Source of the DNA: Escherichia coli
GTDB taxonomy: Bacteria > Pseudomonadota > Gammaproteobacteria > Enterobacterales > Enterobacteriaceae
Direction: 5' to 3' (one strand)
Assembly: GCF_050320075.1 (NCBI RefSeq)
Contig: NZ_CP190018.1
Length of the DNA stretch: 64,000 bases
Shown here: one piece after another, positions 1 to 10,916 of the stretch
Position numbering within the stretch: position 1 is the first letter of the stretch
How the letters are laid out: every line of letters begins with the position of its first letter
Program-made: the position numbers and the translations under genes
Notes under the pieces: model-generated
The model's input: only the letters and a program-made list of their open reading frames with translations
The model's database searches: none
Told to the model about the DNA's origin: nothing

Positions 1-1
1 G

Positions 2-733
2 GATGTGAGCGTCATCTACCCTGACCGTATCCGCCGCCGTCCGCCCGGAACGACCTCCAAAGGTCTTGGAGCGCATACCGACTCCGGGGCACTGGAACGC
101 TGGCTGCTTCCAGCGTATCAGCGCGTTTTCGCCAACGTCTTTAATGGCAATCTGGCGCAATATGATCCCTGGCATGCGGCACATCGTACGGAAGTTGAAG
201 AGTACACGGTGGACAACACCACCAAATGTTCCGTGTTTCGGACATTCCAGGGCTGGACAGCGCTCTCTGATATGCTGCCTGGTCAGGGGCTGCTGCACGT
301 CGTGCCCATTCCTGAAGCCATGGCGTACGTACTGTTACGTCCGCTGCTTGATGATGTGCCGGAGGATGAACTGTGCGGCGTAGCGCCCGGAAGAGTATTG
401 CCGGTATCAGAGCAATGGCATCCACTGTTGATTGAGGCGTTAACCAGCATTCCAAAACTCGAAGCCGGAGACTCCGTCTGGTGGCACTGCGACGTCATCC
501 ATTCCGTTGCCCCCGTTGAAAATCAACAGGGCTGGGGCAACGTGATGTACATTCCTGCGGCACCGATGTGCGAGAAAAATCTTGCCTACGCGCACAAGGT
601 GAAGGCCGCACTGGAAAAAGGCGCATCGCCGGGCGACTTCCCGCGCGAGGACTATGAAACAAACTGGGAAGGACGCTTTACGCTTGCCGACCTCAACATT
701 CACGGTAAGCGAGCGTTGGGAATCGACAGCTGA
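2..733 (+). CDS. ybiU: YbiU-like DUF1479 protein, C-terminal part (N-terminus lies upstream of the window)
   Basis: ORF-track frame open from window edge to stop at 733; translation carries HTDSG...WWHCDVIH motifs that I associate with the DUF1479 / 2OG-oxygenase-like family; position next to ybiT. Confidence 0.7.
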   Translation, partial: DVSVIYPDRIRRRPPGTTSKGLGAHTDSGALERWLLPAYQRVFANVFNGNLAQYDPWHAAHRTEVEEYTVDNTTKCSVFRTFQGWTALSDMLPGQGLLHVVPIPEAMAYVLLRPLLDDVPEDELCGVAPGRVLPVSEQWHPLLIEALTSIPKLEAGDSVWWHCDVIHSVAPVENQQGWGNVMYIPAAPMCEKNLAYAHKVKAALEKGASPGDFPREDYETNWEGRFTLADLNIHGKRALGIDS

Positions 734-1803
734 GTGTCGTACAGCCCTTCCCGTTCCACGGCGGTGTTCCCTTTTCCTGGGCGAACCCGCCGCACTGACT
801 CCCGCACCGCCAATCGTCCGTGCAGCAGCAGCGAGCCCACCGGAGCATCCGGGCGAATCAGCCGCTGTTGCAACATTTGCACCGCTTCATTGCCTAGCTC
901 ATCGCGTGGCACATGCACAGCCGTCAGGGGAACATCCTCGATTGCCGCAAGGTTAAAGCCGTCGATACTCATCACCGAGACATCCTGTGGTACGCGCAGA
1001 CCACGACGATGTAGCGCATTTACCGTTCCCGCCGCCATAAAATCCCCGCCGACCAGAAACGCCGTCGGCAACGTCTTGCCATTGGCGGCATCCAGCCACG
1101 CTCCGACCTTTTCTTCCGCTTCTTTAGCGCTAAAACTGCTGATATTCAGCAAATGACGGTCATGGTGAAAGGCCAGATTATGCTGACGCCATGATTCTTT
1201 AATCCCTGCAAACCGCTGCTCCATAGTGTAGCGGCGCAGGCACATCACATTCATCACCTCCCGGTGACCCATTTCAAACAGATAGCGGGCGGCGAACGCG
1301 CCAATTAACCGATGGTCCGGCGCAATCGCCGGGAGGCGCATTCGTTCATCACGGCAGTTGATCAGCACACAAGGCTTAGCGAGATCGGCGGCCAGATCAT
1401 GGATGTGCGGATCGTCAATCCCCAGCAGGATCGCCGCCTGCGTATCTGCTTCATTCATTCGCGAGAGAAATAGCGCGGGATCGCTGTCAAACTCCTCCAG
1501 CGCGCAGTAACGCAGCCGCACTTCATGCGGCGATAACGCTTTGCTGATGCTCTGGATCACACGGTAATAAAAGATATCAGATCGTTGGTCAAAAGCGCGT
1601 TGCGGCGCGAAAATAATCAGGTTGTTCAGCAACATACGACCTGCTGCCATGCCATCCATCACGCCCAACTCACGCGCGCAGGCCAGCACCTGTTCGCGAG
1701 CGCGTGCACTGGTATTCGCTTTGCCAGCCAGCACCCGCGAAACCGTACTCGGCGATAGCCCGGTACGTGCGGCGATATCGGCGATTTTCAGCTTCTTGTC
1801 CAT
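700..1803 (-). CDS. LacI-family transcriptional regulator (367 aa from ATG at 1803)
   Basis: N-terminal HTH (MDKKLKIADIAARTGLSPSTVSRVLAG) and periplasmic-binding-protein-like sugar-binding body; ATG checked at 1801-1803 (cat on + strand); 34-bp convergent overlap with ybiU. Confidence 0.8.
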   Translation of the reverse strand: MDKKLKIADIAARTGLSPSTVSRVLAGKANTSARAREQVLACARELGVMDGMAAGRMLLNNLIIFAPQRAFDQRSDIFYYRVIQSISKALSPHEVRLRYCALEEFDSDPALFLSRMNEADTQAAILLGIDDPHIHDLAADLAKPCVLINCRDERMRLPAIAPDHRLIGAFAARYLFEMGHREVMNVMCLRRYTMEQRFAGIKESWRQHNLAFHHDRHLLNISSFSAKEAEEKVGAWLDAANGKTLPTAFLVGGDFMAAGTVNALHRRGLRVPQDVSVMSIDGFNLAAIEDVPLTAVHVPRDELGNEAVQMLQQRLIRPDAPVGSLLLHGRLAVRESVRRVRPGKGNTAVEREGLYDTQLSIPNARLP

Positions 1804-2097
1804 TTTGTGATCTGCCTCTAATTCGGAAATGACAGAATTTTCATGAGCAAAAAAGCCCATTCTGTCTGGCATTAAATCCATTTCAGTAATGTATATCAGT
1901 CACTCATGGAAAAACGTGCACAAAACCCGCTTTCTTTCGCTTTTAGGGTCTCTTACTGTGAATTGGTAGAACAACTTCCATACAAAAATAATGGAAAAAC
2001 GAACAATAAAGACTTTATTTATCAAAAAGTTAAAAGTGGTGTGACAACTCCATTCTGACGTTGCCACACAAACCCTATACCATTCTGTGGAGTGCAT

Positions 2098-3399
2098 ATG
2101 AGTCAGGGTATCAATAACGATATGACTGCCAGTAAACCGCGCCATATCGTCAAAAATCTGCGTTGGTGGATACTGGTCCTTTTTTTGCTCGGTGTTACTG
2201 TCAACTACATCACGCGTAACTCGCTGGGTATTCTCGCCCCCGAACTGAAAAGCAACCTGGGGATTACCACCGAACAATATTCCTGGATTGTAGGTGCTTT
2301 CCAGCTCGCCTATACCCTATTCCAACCGTTGTGTGGATGGCTGATTGACGTCATTGGCCTCAAACTGGGCTTTATGATCTGCGCGGGACTGTGGGCGCTG
2401 GCCTGTCTGATGCATGCGGGGGCGGGAAACTGGGTACATCTGGCGCTGTTGCGCTTCTTTATGGGCGGTGCGGAAGCCGCGGCAACCCCAGCAAACGCCA
2501 AAACCATCGGTGAATGGTTTCCAAAATCAGAACGCCCGATCGCCGCAGGCTGGGCAGGCGTCGGTTTTTCCATCGGTGCCATGCTGGCCCCACCGATTAT
2601 CTATTTTGCCCACGCTTCATTCGGCTGGCAGGGTGCATTTATGTTCACTGGCATCCTGGCGATGCTGTGGGTGGTGCTGTGGTGGGCGTTCTATCACAAC
2701 CCGGATAAGCATCCGAACCTCAGCAAAGCCGAGCTGGACTTTATCCGCCAGGATAACGAAGCGCCCCCGATTAAATTACCCTTTCTGACCGCACTGAAAA
2801 CCGTGGGCAAAAATAAACGCTTTTACGGTATCGCTATCCCGGCCTTTATGGCAGAACCGGCGTGGGCGGTGATGAGTTTCTGGGTGCCGCTATACCTGTC
2901 CAAAACCTATGGCATGGACCTGAAGCAGATCGCATTATTCGCCTGGTTGCCGTTCCTCGCCGCTGATCTTGGCAGTATTGCCAGCGGCTATCTGACCAAA
3001 CTTTACACCCGCCTGTTTGGGCTGAGTCGTGTGAACTCCGTTGTCGCATCATCGGTCAGTGGCGCATTCTTGATGGTTTCGCTGGCGGTGATGGCCTTTA
3101 CCAATAACCCGTATATCGCCATCGTCCTTATTTCCATCGGCGGCTTCGGTCACCAGATCATCTCCTGCATGCTGAGCGCACTGGTGGTGGAATCCTTCGA
3201 CAAAGGTCAGATGGCCACTGTTAACGGCATGCGCGGTTCTGCCGCGTGGATCGCAAGTTTCCTGTTCTCCCTGATTATCGGGGTTACCGCTGACAAAATC
3301 GGCTTTAACCCCCTGTTTATCGCCATGGGCTTCTTTGACCTGATTGGCGCTTTCTTCCTGGTCACCTTTATTGCTGAACGTCGCGCAAAACGCGCCTGA
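2098..3399 (+). CDS. MFS transporter, anion:cation symporter (ExuT/GudP-like) family
   Basis: ORF track 2092-3399; multiple TM segments and ExuT-like sequence pattern; ATG at 2098 preceded by GGAG (ORF track starts 2 codons earlier at GTG). Confidence 0.75.
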   Translation: MSQGINNDMTASKPRHIVKNLRWWILVLFLLGVTVNYITRNSLGILAPELKSNLGITTEQYSWIVGAFQLAYTLFQPLCGWLIDVIGLKLGFMICAGLWALACLMHAGAGNWVHLALLRFFMGGAEAAATPANAKTIGEWFPKSERPIAAGWAGVGFSIGAMLAPPIIYFAHASFGWQGAFMFTGILAMLWVVLWWAFYHNPDKHPNLSKAELDFIRQDNEAPPIKLPFLTALKTVGKNKRFYGIAIPAFMAEPAWAVMSFWVPLYLSKTYGMDLKQIALFAWLPFLAADLGSIASGYLTKLYTRLFGLSRVNSVVASSVSGAFLMVSLAVMAFTNNPYIAIVLISIGGFGHQIISCMLSALVVESFDKGQMATVNGMRGSAAWIASFLFSLIIGVTADKIGFNPLFIAMGFFDLIGAFFLVTFIAERRAKRA

Positions 3400-3413
3400 G
3401 AGTGGATGTAAAC

Positions 3414-5777
3414 ATGAAAACGCTGAAAAACTGGACCCTGCACAAACAGTCTGCCCACCACGTTGAACTGCTGGTCGATGGCCAGCATATCCTGTGCCTG
3501 TACGTGCTGGAAGAAAATCTGTTCCGCGTGCTGTTAAAACGCAAAGGCGAGCTGGCGCTGGATCGCACCTGGAGCATTGCTCCGGCGCAGGATGTGCCAT
3601 GGGAAGGGCGCAGCCGCGAAGATCTCAGCGGCTTTAGCCTGCCCGCGTGGACATTGATCCAGCACGACGACACCGTGGTTATCGCCACCGAGTCACTGCG
3701 TGCCACCGTTCACCAGCCGCTGTGGCTGGAGTGGCACTATCGTAACAACGAAGGCGAATGGCTGCCGTTGGTGAATGACCGCCCGACCAGCGCTTATCTG
3801 CTGAATGCCCACGGCGATGGCGTGGCACACTATCAGAGCCGTCGTAAAGATGAACGCTTTTATGGCCTCGGAGATAAAGCCGGCGACCTGCAACGCAACG
3901 GTAAACGTTACGAGATGCGTAACCTCGACGCGATGGGCTACAACGCCGTTAGTACTGACCCGCTGTACAAACACATTCCATTCACCATCACCCGCCGCGA
4001 TGACATTAGCTTCGGCCTGTTTTATGACAACCTCAGCAGCTGCTGGCTGGATCTGGGCAACGAGATCGACAACTACCACACCGCCTATCGCCGCTGGCAG
4101 GCGGAAGCGGGTGATATCGACTACTACCTGTTTACCGGCGAACGCGTACTTGATATCACCAAAGCCTTCGTACGCCTGACCGGCAAAACCCTGTTCGGAC
4201 CGAAATGGAGCCTGGGCTACAGCGGTTCAACTATGCACTACACCGATGCGCCGGACGCACAAAATCAGTTGATGAACTTTATCCGCCTGTGTGAAGAACA
4301 TGCGATTCCCTGCGATTCGTTCCAGCTCTCTTCCGGTTATACCTCAATTAACGGCAAGCGCTATGTGTTCAACTGGAATTACGACAAAGTGCCGCAGCCG
4401 AAAGTGATGAGCCAGGCATTTCACAATGCTGGTTTGCACCTGGCCGCCAATATCAAGCCGTGCCTGTTGCAGGATCACCCACGCTATAACGAAGTGGCAG
4501 AAAGAGGACTGTTCATCCGTGATTCAGAAACAGATGAACCAGAACGTTCCAGCTTCTGGGATGACGAAGGTTCTAACCTCGACTTTACTAATCCGCAGAC
4601 CATCCAGTGGTGGCAGGAAGGCGTGACCACACAGCTTCTGGAGATGGGTATCGACTCCACCTGGAACGACAACAACGAATTCGAAGTATGGGACGGTGAA
4701 GCACGCTGTCACGGCTTTGGTCAGACGATCGCGATCAAACATATTCGCCCGGTGATGCCACTGCTGATGATGCGAGCCTCGATGGAAGCCCAGCAACGTT
4801 TCGCTCCGGAAAAACGTCCGTACTTGATCTCCCGCTCCGGCTGCGCGGGAATGCAGCGCTATGTGCAGACCTGGAGCGGCGATAACCGCACTAGCTGGGA
4901 CACTCTGCGCTACAACACCCGCATGGGTCTGGGGATGAGCCTCTCCGGGCTGTATAACCTCGGTCACGACGTCGGCGGTTTCTCCGGTGATAAGCCGGAC
5001 CCGGAACTGTTTGTACGCTGGGTACAAAACGGCGTGATGCATCCGCGCTTTACGATTCACTCGTGGAACGATGACCATACCGTAAACGAACCGTGGATGT
5101 ATCCGGGCGTCACTCCGGCGATCCGCAGCGCTATTGAGTTGCGCTATCGCCTGCTGCCCTACTTTTATACCCTGATGTGGCAGGCATACGCCGATGATGA
5201 ACCAATGCTGCGTCCGACTTTCCTTGACCACGAGCACGACGTTCAGACTTTTGAAGAGTGTGATGACTTCCTGCTTGGTCGCGATATTTTGGTTGCCAGC
5301 GTCGTAGAGCAAGGCGAGCGCCAGCGCCGTGTATGGCTGCCAGATAACGAAACTGGCTGGTACGATTTCTACAACGGCGAATGGTTCAGTGGCGGTCAGT
5401 GGATCACCCTCGACGCACCGCTGGAGAAACTGCCGCTGATGGTGCGTGCCGGGGCTGGTCTACCGCTCAGCAAACGCATCACCTATGTGAGCGCAGAACA
5501 AGACGATACCCGCGAACTGAAACTGTTCCCGCTGAAAGGTGTGGGCACAACGTCCGGCCTGCTGTTTGAAGACGATGGCGAAAGCTGGGGCTACCAAACT
5601 GGTAATGCGCTTTGGGTGGAATGGGAAATGGTTTGCGATGGGGCGACCATCAACCTGAAAGTCAACGCGCGCGGGGATTATCGACCTGCATGGAGTGCAC
5701 TGAAAGTGTCATTACCAGTGGAAGAAAAACGCACGCTGCTGGTCAATGGTGTTGAAGGGAGTGAATGGATGCGTTAA
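3414..5777 (+). CDS. Glycoside hydrolase family 31 (alpha-glucosidase / alpha-xylosidase-like)
   Basis: ORF track 3402-5777; GH31 nucleophile-region motif MGIDSTWNDNNEF; ATG at 3414 (GTG at 3402 possible); starts 15 bp after MFS stop. Confidence 0.8.
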   Translation: MKTLKNWTLHKQSAHHVELLVDGQHILCLYVLEENLFRVLLKRKGELALDRTWSIAPAQDVPWEGRSREDLSGFSLPAWTLIQHDDTVVIATESLRATVHQPLWLEWHYRNNEGEWLPLVNDRPTSAYLLNAHGDGVAHYQSRRKDERFYGLGDKAGDLQRNGKRYEMRNLDAMGYNAVSTDPLYKHIPFTITRRDDISFGLFYDNLSSCWLDLGNEIDNYHTAYRRWQAEAGDIDYYLFTGERVLDITKAFVRLTGKTLFGPKWSLGYSGSTMHYTDAPDAQNQLMNFIRLCEEHAIPCDSFQLSSGYTSINGKRYVFNWNYDKVPQPKVMSQAFHNAGLHLAANIKPCLLQDHPRYNEVAERGLFIRDSETDEPERSSFWDDEGSNLDFTNPQTIQWWQEGVTTQLLEMGIDSTWNDNNEFEVWDGEARCHGFGQTIAIKHIRPVMPLLMMRASMEAQQRFAPEKRPYLISRSGCAGMQRYVQTWSGDNRTSWDTLRYNTRMGLGMSLSGLYNLGHDVGGFSGDKPDPELFVRWVQNGVMHPRFTIHSWNDDHTVNEPWMYPGVTPAIRSAIELRYRLLPYFYTLMWQAYADDEPMLRPTFLDHEHDVQTFEECDDFLLGRDILVASVVEQGERQRRVWLPDNETGWYDFYNGEWFSGGQWITLDAPLEKLPLMVRAGAGLPLSKRITYVSAEQDDTRELKLFPLKGVGTTSGLLFEDDGESWGYQTGNALWVEWEMVCDGATINLKVNARGDYRPAWSALKVSLPVEEKRTLLVNGVEGSEWMR

Positions 5778-5956
5778 ATCATTACCGGGGCCGGGAGGCG
5801 ACTGCGCCTTACCCGGTCCAGCCATCGAATCCTTTACCTCAGTATTTCACGCTGCAGGAAGGCAGCAAACCTGTAAACCCCGGGAGCTTAAATAAGTAAG
5901 TGACCGGGGTGAACAGGTGAAGCCAATGCATCTGCCGCATGAAAGACGGCGGGAAA

Positions 5957-7552
5957 TTAACCGTCGATCCCTTTACTACGCAGGTAATCTTCGTAATTAC
6001 CGCTAAAGTCGATCACGCGTTCCGGGGTGATTTCCAGAATTCGGGTCGCCAGGGAGCTTACAAACTCACGGTCGTGAGACACAAAGATCAGCGTGCCCTG
6101 ATACAGTTCCAGCGCCATGTTCAGCGACTCAATAGATTCCATATCCAGGTGGTTGGTCGGTTCGTCCATGATCAGAATGTTCGGCTTCTGCATCATTAAC
6201 TTACCAAACAGCATCCGCCCTTTTTCTCCACCGGAAAGCACTTTCGCTGGCTTTTTGATGTCGTCCTGGCTGAACAGCAAACGACCGAGAATGCTGCGTA
6301 CCGCCTGCTCATCATCGCCTTCCTGCTTCCACTGGCTCATCCATTCGAACACGGTCAGATCATTTTCAAACTCATATTCGTGGTCCTGGGCGTAGTAACC
6401 AATGCGTGCGTTTTCAGACCATTTTACGGTGCCGCTGTCCGGTTGCAGATCGCCCACCAGCGTTTTCAGCAGCGTTGATTTACCGACGCCGTTGGTACCC
6501 AGTACAGCCAGTTTTTCACCCACTTCCAGCAGCAGGTTGAGATTTTTAAACAGTGGACCGTTATCAAACCCTTTGGTCAGACCTTCCACTTCCAGCGCGT
6601 TACGGAACAGTTTCTTATCCTGTTCAAAACGGATGAACGGGTTCTGACGGCTGGAGGCTTTCACCTCTTCCAGTTTGATTTTATCAATCTGGCGCGCGCG
6701 CGAAGTTGCCTGGCGAGATTTCGAGGCGTTGGCGCTAAAGCGGCTAACGAAAGATTGCAGCTCAGCAATCTGCGCTTTCTTCTTGGCGTTATCAGCCAGC
6801 AGACGCTCACGCGCCTGGGTCGCCGCCGTCATGTACTCATCGTAGTTACCTGGATAAACGCGCAGCTCGCCGTAATCCAGATCCGCCATGTGGGTACAAA
6901 CCATGTTAAGGAAGTGACGGTCGTGCGAGATGATGATCATGGTGCTGTCACGCTCGTTCAGCACCTGTTCCAGCCAACGAATGGTGTCGATGTCGAGGTT
7001 GTTGGTCGGTTCGTCGAGCAGGAGAATGTCTGGATCAGCAAACAGCGCCTGCGCCAGCAGCACACGCAGCTTCCAGCCAGGAGCAACTTCACTCATCGGG
7101 CCGTAGTGCTGTTCCACTGGAATTCCCACGCCAAGCAACAGTTCACCGGCGCGAGCTTCCGCAGAGTAACCGTCCATTTCGCCGTATTTCACTTCCAGAT
7201 CGGCCACTTTATAGCCGTCTTCTTCACTCATTTCCGGCAAAGCATAGATGCGGTCACGCTCCTGTTTCACTTCCCACAACTCTTTATGCCCCATGATCAC
7301 CGTATCCAACACAGTGAACTCTTCAAAGGCAAACTGATCCTGACGCAGCTTACCAATGCGCTCGTTGGGATCGAGGGAAACGTTACCCAACGTCGGCTCT
7401 AAGTCGCCGCCGAGGATCTTCATAAAGGTGGATTTACCACTACCGTTCGCGCCAATCAGGCCGTAACGGTTGCCGCCGCCAAATTTGACGGAAATGTTTT
7501 CAAACAACGGCTTACTGCCGAACTGCATGGTGACGTTACTGGAAACTAACAC
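5957..7552 (-). CDS. ybiT: ABC-F family ATPase YbiT (two ABC domains)
   Basis: Translation begins [24 protein letters not shown] with two Walker A motifs ([18 protein letters not shown]); apparent GTG start. Confidence 0.9.
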   Translation of the reverse strand: MLVSSNVTMQFGSKPLFENISVKFGGGNRYGLIGANGSGKSTFMKILGGDLEPTLGNVSLDPNERIGKLRQDQFAFEEFTVLDTVIMGHKELWEVKQERDRIYALPEMSEEDGYKVADLEVKYGEMDGYSAEARAGELLLGVGIPVEQHYGPMSEVAPGWKLRVLLAQALFADPDILLLDEPTNNLDIDTIRWLEQVLNERDSTMIIISHDRHFLNMVCTHMADLDYGELRVYPGNYDEYMTAATQARERLLADNAKKKAQIAELQSFVSRFSANASKSRQATSRARQIDKIKLEEVKASSRQNPFIRFEQDKKLFRNALEVEGLTKGFDNGPLFKNLNLLLEVGEKLAVLGTNGVGKSTLLKTLVGDLQPDSGTVKWSENARIGYYAQDHEYEFENDLTVFEWMSQWKQEGDDEQAVRSILGRLLFSQDDIKKPAKVLSGGEKGRMLFGKLMMQKPNILIMDEPTNHLDMESIESLNMALELYQGTLIFVSHDREFVSSLATRILEITPERVIDFSGNYEDYLRSKGIDG

Positions 7553-7770
7553 AGGCGTATCCTGAAAAGAGATATGACAAACCGCGCATTATGCCATAAG
7601 TCTGAAAGAAGATCCTGCTCCTCGCTTAAGGTCTACACTCAAGCCAAAGGCAAAAAATGTGATTTCGTACACATCTGATTTCACTGTGAGCAGGAATGAA
7701 CTTATAATGCGCTTCCAATACTCTAATATTCTCAACCCAATGGCCTGCCAGGCACAAAATCTCGCTTAAC

Positions 7771-8691
7771 ATGAATATGAAATTGAAAACATTATTCGCA
7801 GCGGCCTTCGCTGTTGTCGGCTTTTGCAGTACCGCCTCTGCGGTAACTTATCCTCTGCCAACCGACGGGAGTCGCCTGGTTGGTCAGAATCAGGTGATCA
7901 CCATTCCTGAAGGTAACACTCAGCCGCTGGAGTATTTTGCCGCCGAGTACCAGATGGGGCTTTCCAATATGATGGAAGCGAACCCGGGTGTGGATACCTT
8001 CCTGCCGAAAGGCGGTACTGTACTGAACATTCCGCAGCAGCTGATCCTGCCGGATACCGTTCATGAAGGCATCGTCATTAACAGTGCAGAGATGCGTCTG
8101 TATTACTATCCGAAAGGAACCAACACCGTTATCGTGCTGCCGATCGGCATTGGTCAGTTAGGCAAAGACACGCCTATCAACTGGACCACCAAAGTTGAGC
8201 GTAAGAAAGCAGGCCCGACCTGGACGCCAACCGCTAAAATGCACGCAGAGTACCGCGCTGCGGGCGAACCGCTTCCGGCTGTCGTTCCGGCAGGTCCGGA
8301 TAACCCGATGGGTCTGTATGCACTCTACATCGGTCGCCTGTACGCTATCCATGGCACCAACGCCAACTTCGGTATCGGCCTGCGCGTAAGTCATGGTTGT
8401 GTGCGCCTGCGTAACGAAGACATCAAATTCCTGTTCGAGAAAGTGCCGGTCGGTACTCGCGTACAGTTTATTGATGAGCCGGTAAAAGCGACCACCGAGC
8501 CAGACGGCAGCCGTTATATTGAAGTCCATAATCCGCTGTCTACCACCGAAGCCCAGTTTGAAGGTCAGGAAATTGTGCCAATTACCCTGACGAAGAGTGT
8601 GCAGACAGTGACCGGTCAGCCTGATGTTGACCAGGTTGTTCTGGATGAAGCGATCAAAAATCGTTCCGGGATGCCGGTTCGTCTGAATTAA
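7771..8691 (+). CDS. ldtB: L,D-transpeptidase LdtB (YbiS)
   Basis: Signal peptide, YkuD-type catalytic region (SHGCVRL); 306 aa. Confidence 0.9.
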
Positions 8692-8709
8692 TCGTCAAAA
8701 CGTAAAACA

Positions 8710-8737
8710 GAGGCGGACTCATCATCCGCCTTTTTTA
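8710..8737. terminator. Hairpin plus T/A runs between convergent ldtB and ybiR (bidirectional terminator)
   Basis: aggcggactcatcatccgcct followed by tttttt on + strand and A-run on the other. Confidence 0.7.
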
Positions 8738-8748
8738 TTTGCCAGATC

Positions 8749-9867
8749 CTACCAGGCCGGGAGCATAACGAATAAAACGTATCCCACCAGCGCCGCCCAC
8801 AACAGCATCGGTATTGAATAGAGATGGAAACGCCACCAGATACGGCGATCGTTCGCCATCCGTAACGCAATCAAATTTGCCAGCGATCCGGGTAATAAAC
8901 CAAAGCCCCCCACGTTTACCGCCCATGCCAGTAATAAAGACGGCGGTACATAATTGAGCAGCAAAATGGTACTCGGCACGTTACTGATCACCTGCGATAA
9001 ACCGATTGCCGTTAACCATAACCCGGGTTCAGATAAATGACTCACGTTACCCAACACACCTTGCAACGCTGGAAGCTGGGTCAGTAAATGGACGTCGATA
9101 AACATCGCCATAAACACCAGCAGCAGCGTCCAGTCCACACTGAGCACCACGCGACGTGCCAGCAGCGCAAAGCCCGCCGCCACAATCACCAGTCCCCACA
9201 GCTCTTGTTTTAACTCCAGCGCCGTCAGAAAGACGATATACAGCCCCAGACAACTCCACACCAGCCGCGGTTTCCACTCCGGAGTTTGCACCCCCGTATG
9301 GTATTGCAGTGCCTTTCCAGGGAAACAACACCAGCACAGGAGCAGGAGCGTCAGCATCATTGCGCCAGCCAGTGGTGCCATTTGGGCAATAAATCCGGCA
9401 AACGAAAGACCAGAACGTCCCCAGATAAGAATATTTTGCGGGTTGCCAATTGGCGTCAGTAGCGAACCAGCGTTGACTGCCAGCGCTTCAAAAATAATCA
9501 GCCGATTAACCGGGATCTCACACAGTCTTTTTAGCGTGATAGTCAGCGGAACAACAATAAACAGCGCGACATCGTTGGTCAGAAAGGTAGAAAGCAGCGC
9601 CGCCGCCAGCACCATAAACATCGCCAGCCGACGCTCCGTAGCAAAGCGGCGCACCATTTTGCGCCCCAGCACATCAAAATAACCGCTTAACTCCACACCT
9701 TTGGTCAGCAGCATCAGGCCGCTTAAGGTGATGATGGTGTGCCAGTCGATAGCAGCAGGCCAGGATTTCGGTGCAAAAGGCACGAAAAAGCTTAATCCGA
9801 TACCAACAAGAATTAATAACTGAAAAAAACGATCGCCTTGCAGCGTGCGTAAAAAAGGCAGGCTCAT
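8749..9867 (-). CDS. ybiR: Putative anion permease YbiR (ArsB/NhaD superfamily)
   Basis: 372-aa polytopic membrane protein, [19 protein letters not shown]-terminus; synteny. Confidence 0.85.
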
Positions 9868-10331
9868 TTGGCACCGTGTTTCTGGGTAAACAAACGAAAA
9901 GCGTCGAGCGTCTCTTCACTAACATGGTGCTCCATGCCTTCCGCGTCGCGACGGGCGATTTCCGGACTGACGCCCAACACCAACAAGAAATTTTCGACTA
10001 TCTGATGTCGCTCGCGGCTTTCCTGCGCCAGCTTCTCTCCTTCTGCCGTTAAAAACACGCCACGCCAGGGGATCATTTCAATCAGCCCCATGGTTGCCAG
10101 TCGCTTAAGCATTTTAGCCACCGTCGGTTGCGAAACTCCCAAACGAGCAGCCATGTCTACCTGACGAGCTTCCCCCACTTCCCTGATCAAGTCAGAAATC
10201 AGCTCAACGTAATCATCAATAAGCTCGCGCCGATGCGCCTCTCTGACCTGGCGGAACCCTTCAACGTGCTCTTCCACGTTCACTAACTGCGTCACTTTTT
10301 TTGCTGTTGGCGTACCTGCGCGACGACTCAT
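9864..10331 (-). CDS. mntR: Manganese-responsive regulator MntR (DtxR family)
   Basis: 155-aa translation [12 protein letters not shown]...; DtxR-like HTH; overlaps ybiR start by 4 bp. Confidence 0.9.
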
Positions 10332-10420
10332 TGTGCTTCCTCATTATGGTGACGCATACATAGCGTTCTCATTTCGTGCGCACATTGTAAACCAGAGTTG
10401 CGAAGGTACAAAAAATTAAC

Positions 10421-10460
10421 GTTTTAGCAATAGCTATATAATATAGCCTGTGCTATATCT
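10421..10460. promoter_or_regulatory. Candidate MntR operator / mntS promoter region
   Basis: AT-rich palindromic segment tagcaatagctatataatatagcctgtgctata with ATAGC/GCTAT half-sites upstream of mntS; assignment by analogy. Confidence 0.4.
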
Positions 10461-10516
10461 GTATGTAATGCAATCATCCCTCAAGGATCGACGGGATTAG
10501 CAAGTCAGGAGGTCTT

Positions 10517-10645
10517 ATGAATGAGTTCAAGAGGTGTATGCGCGTGTTTAGTCATTCTCCCTTTAAAGTACGGTTAATGCTGCTCTCTATGTTGTGCGAT
10601 ATGGTCAACAACAAACCGCAGCAAGATAAACCTTCCGATAAATAG
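10517..10645 (+). CDS. mntS: Small protein MntS (42 aa)
   Basis: Own translation: MNEFKRCMRVFSHSPFKVRLMLLSMLCDMVNNKPQQDKPSDK, strong SD aggagg 8 nt upstream; below ORF-track size cut-off. Confidence 0.8.
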   Translation: MNEFKRCMRVFSHSPFKVRLMLLSMLCDMVNNKPQQDKPSDK

Positions 10646-10916
10646 CGGCGTCACGGTACGCCGCTTCACTCCTGCTTTTATGCAGGCACAACGCGTTTTG
10701 GTCTGAAAAACCCCACTTTTTGTCGGATTTGCAATCCCCTTCGCAAAAGATTTGTTCGTCAGTAGTTGACCTGAACGGCGGCGCGCTCTATCTTCCTGCA
10801 GCCCTGCGTATATTGCGGCTCGCGGATGCGGACCCCTTTCCCCTCTCCACGCACTCTTGCAGGTATTGACCCTTGACGCCAGGGTAAGCACATGGCGTTT
10901 GTTACGATAGTGGCAT

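Noticed and set aside
3693-5312. Long antisense ORFs inside the GH31 gene (for example 4524-5312 -, 262 aa); similar cases inside ybiO, ybhF and fiu
   Set aside because: Opposite-strand ORFs within well-supported genes, with unremarkable composition and no start signals; typical GC-rich antisense open frames.
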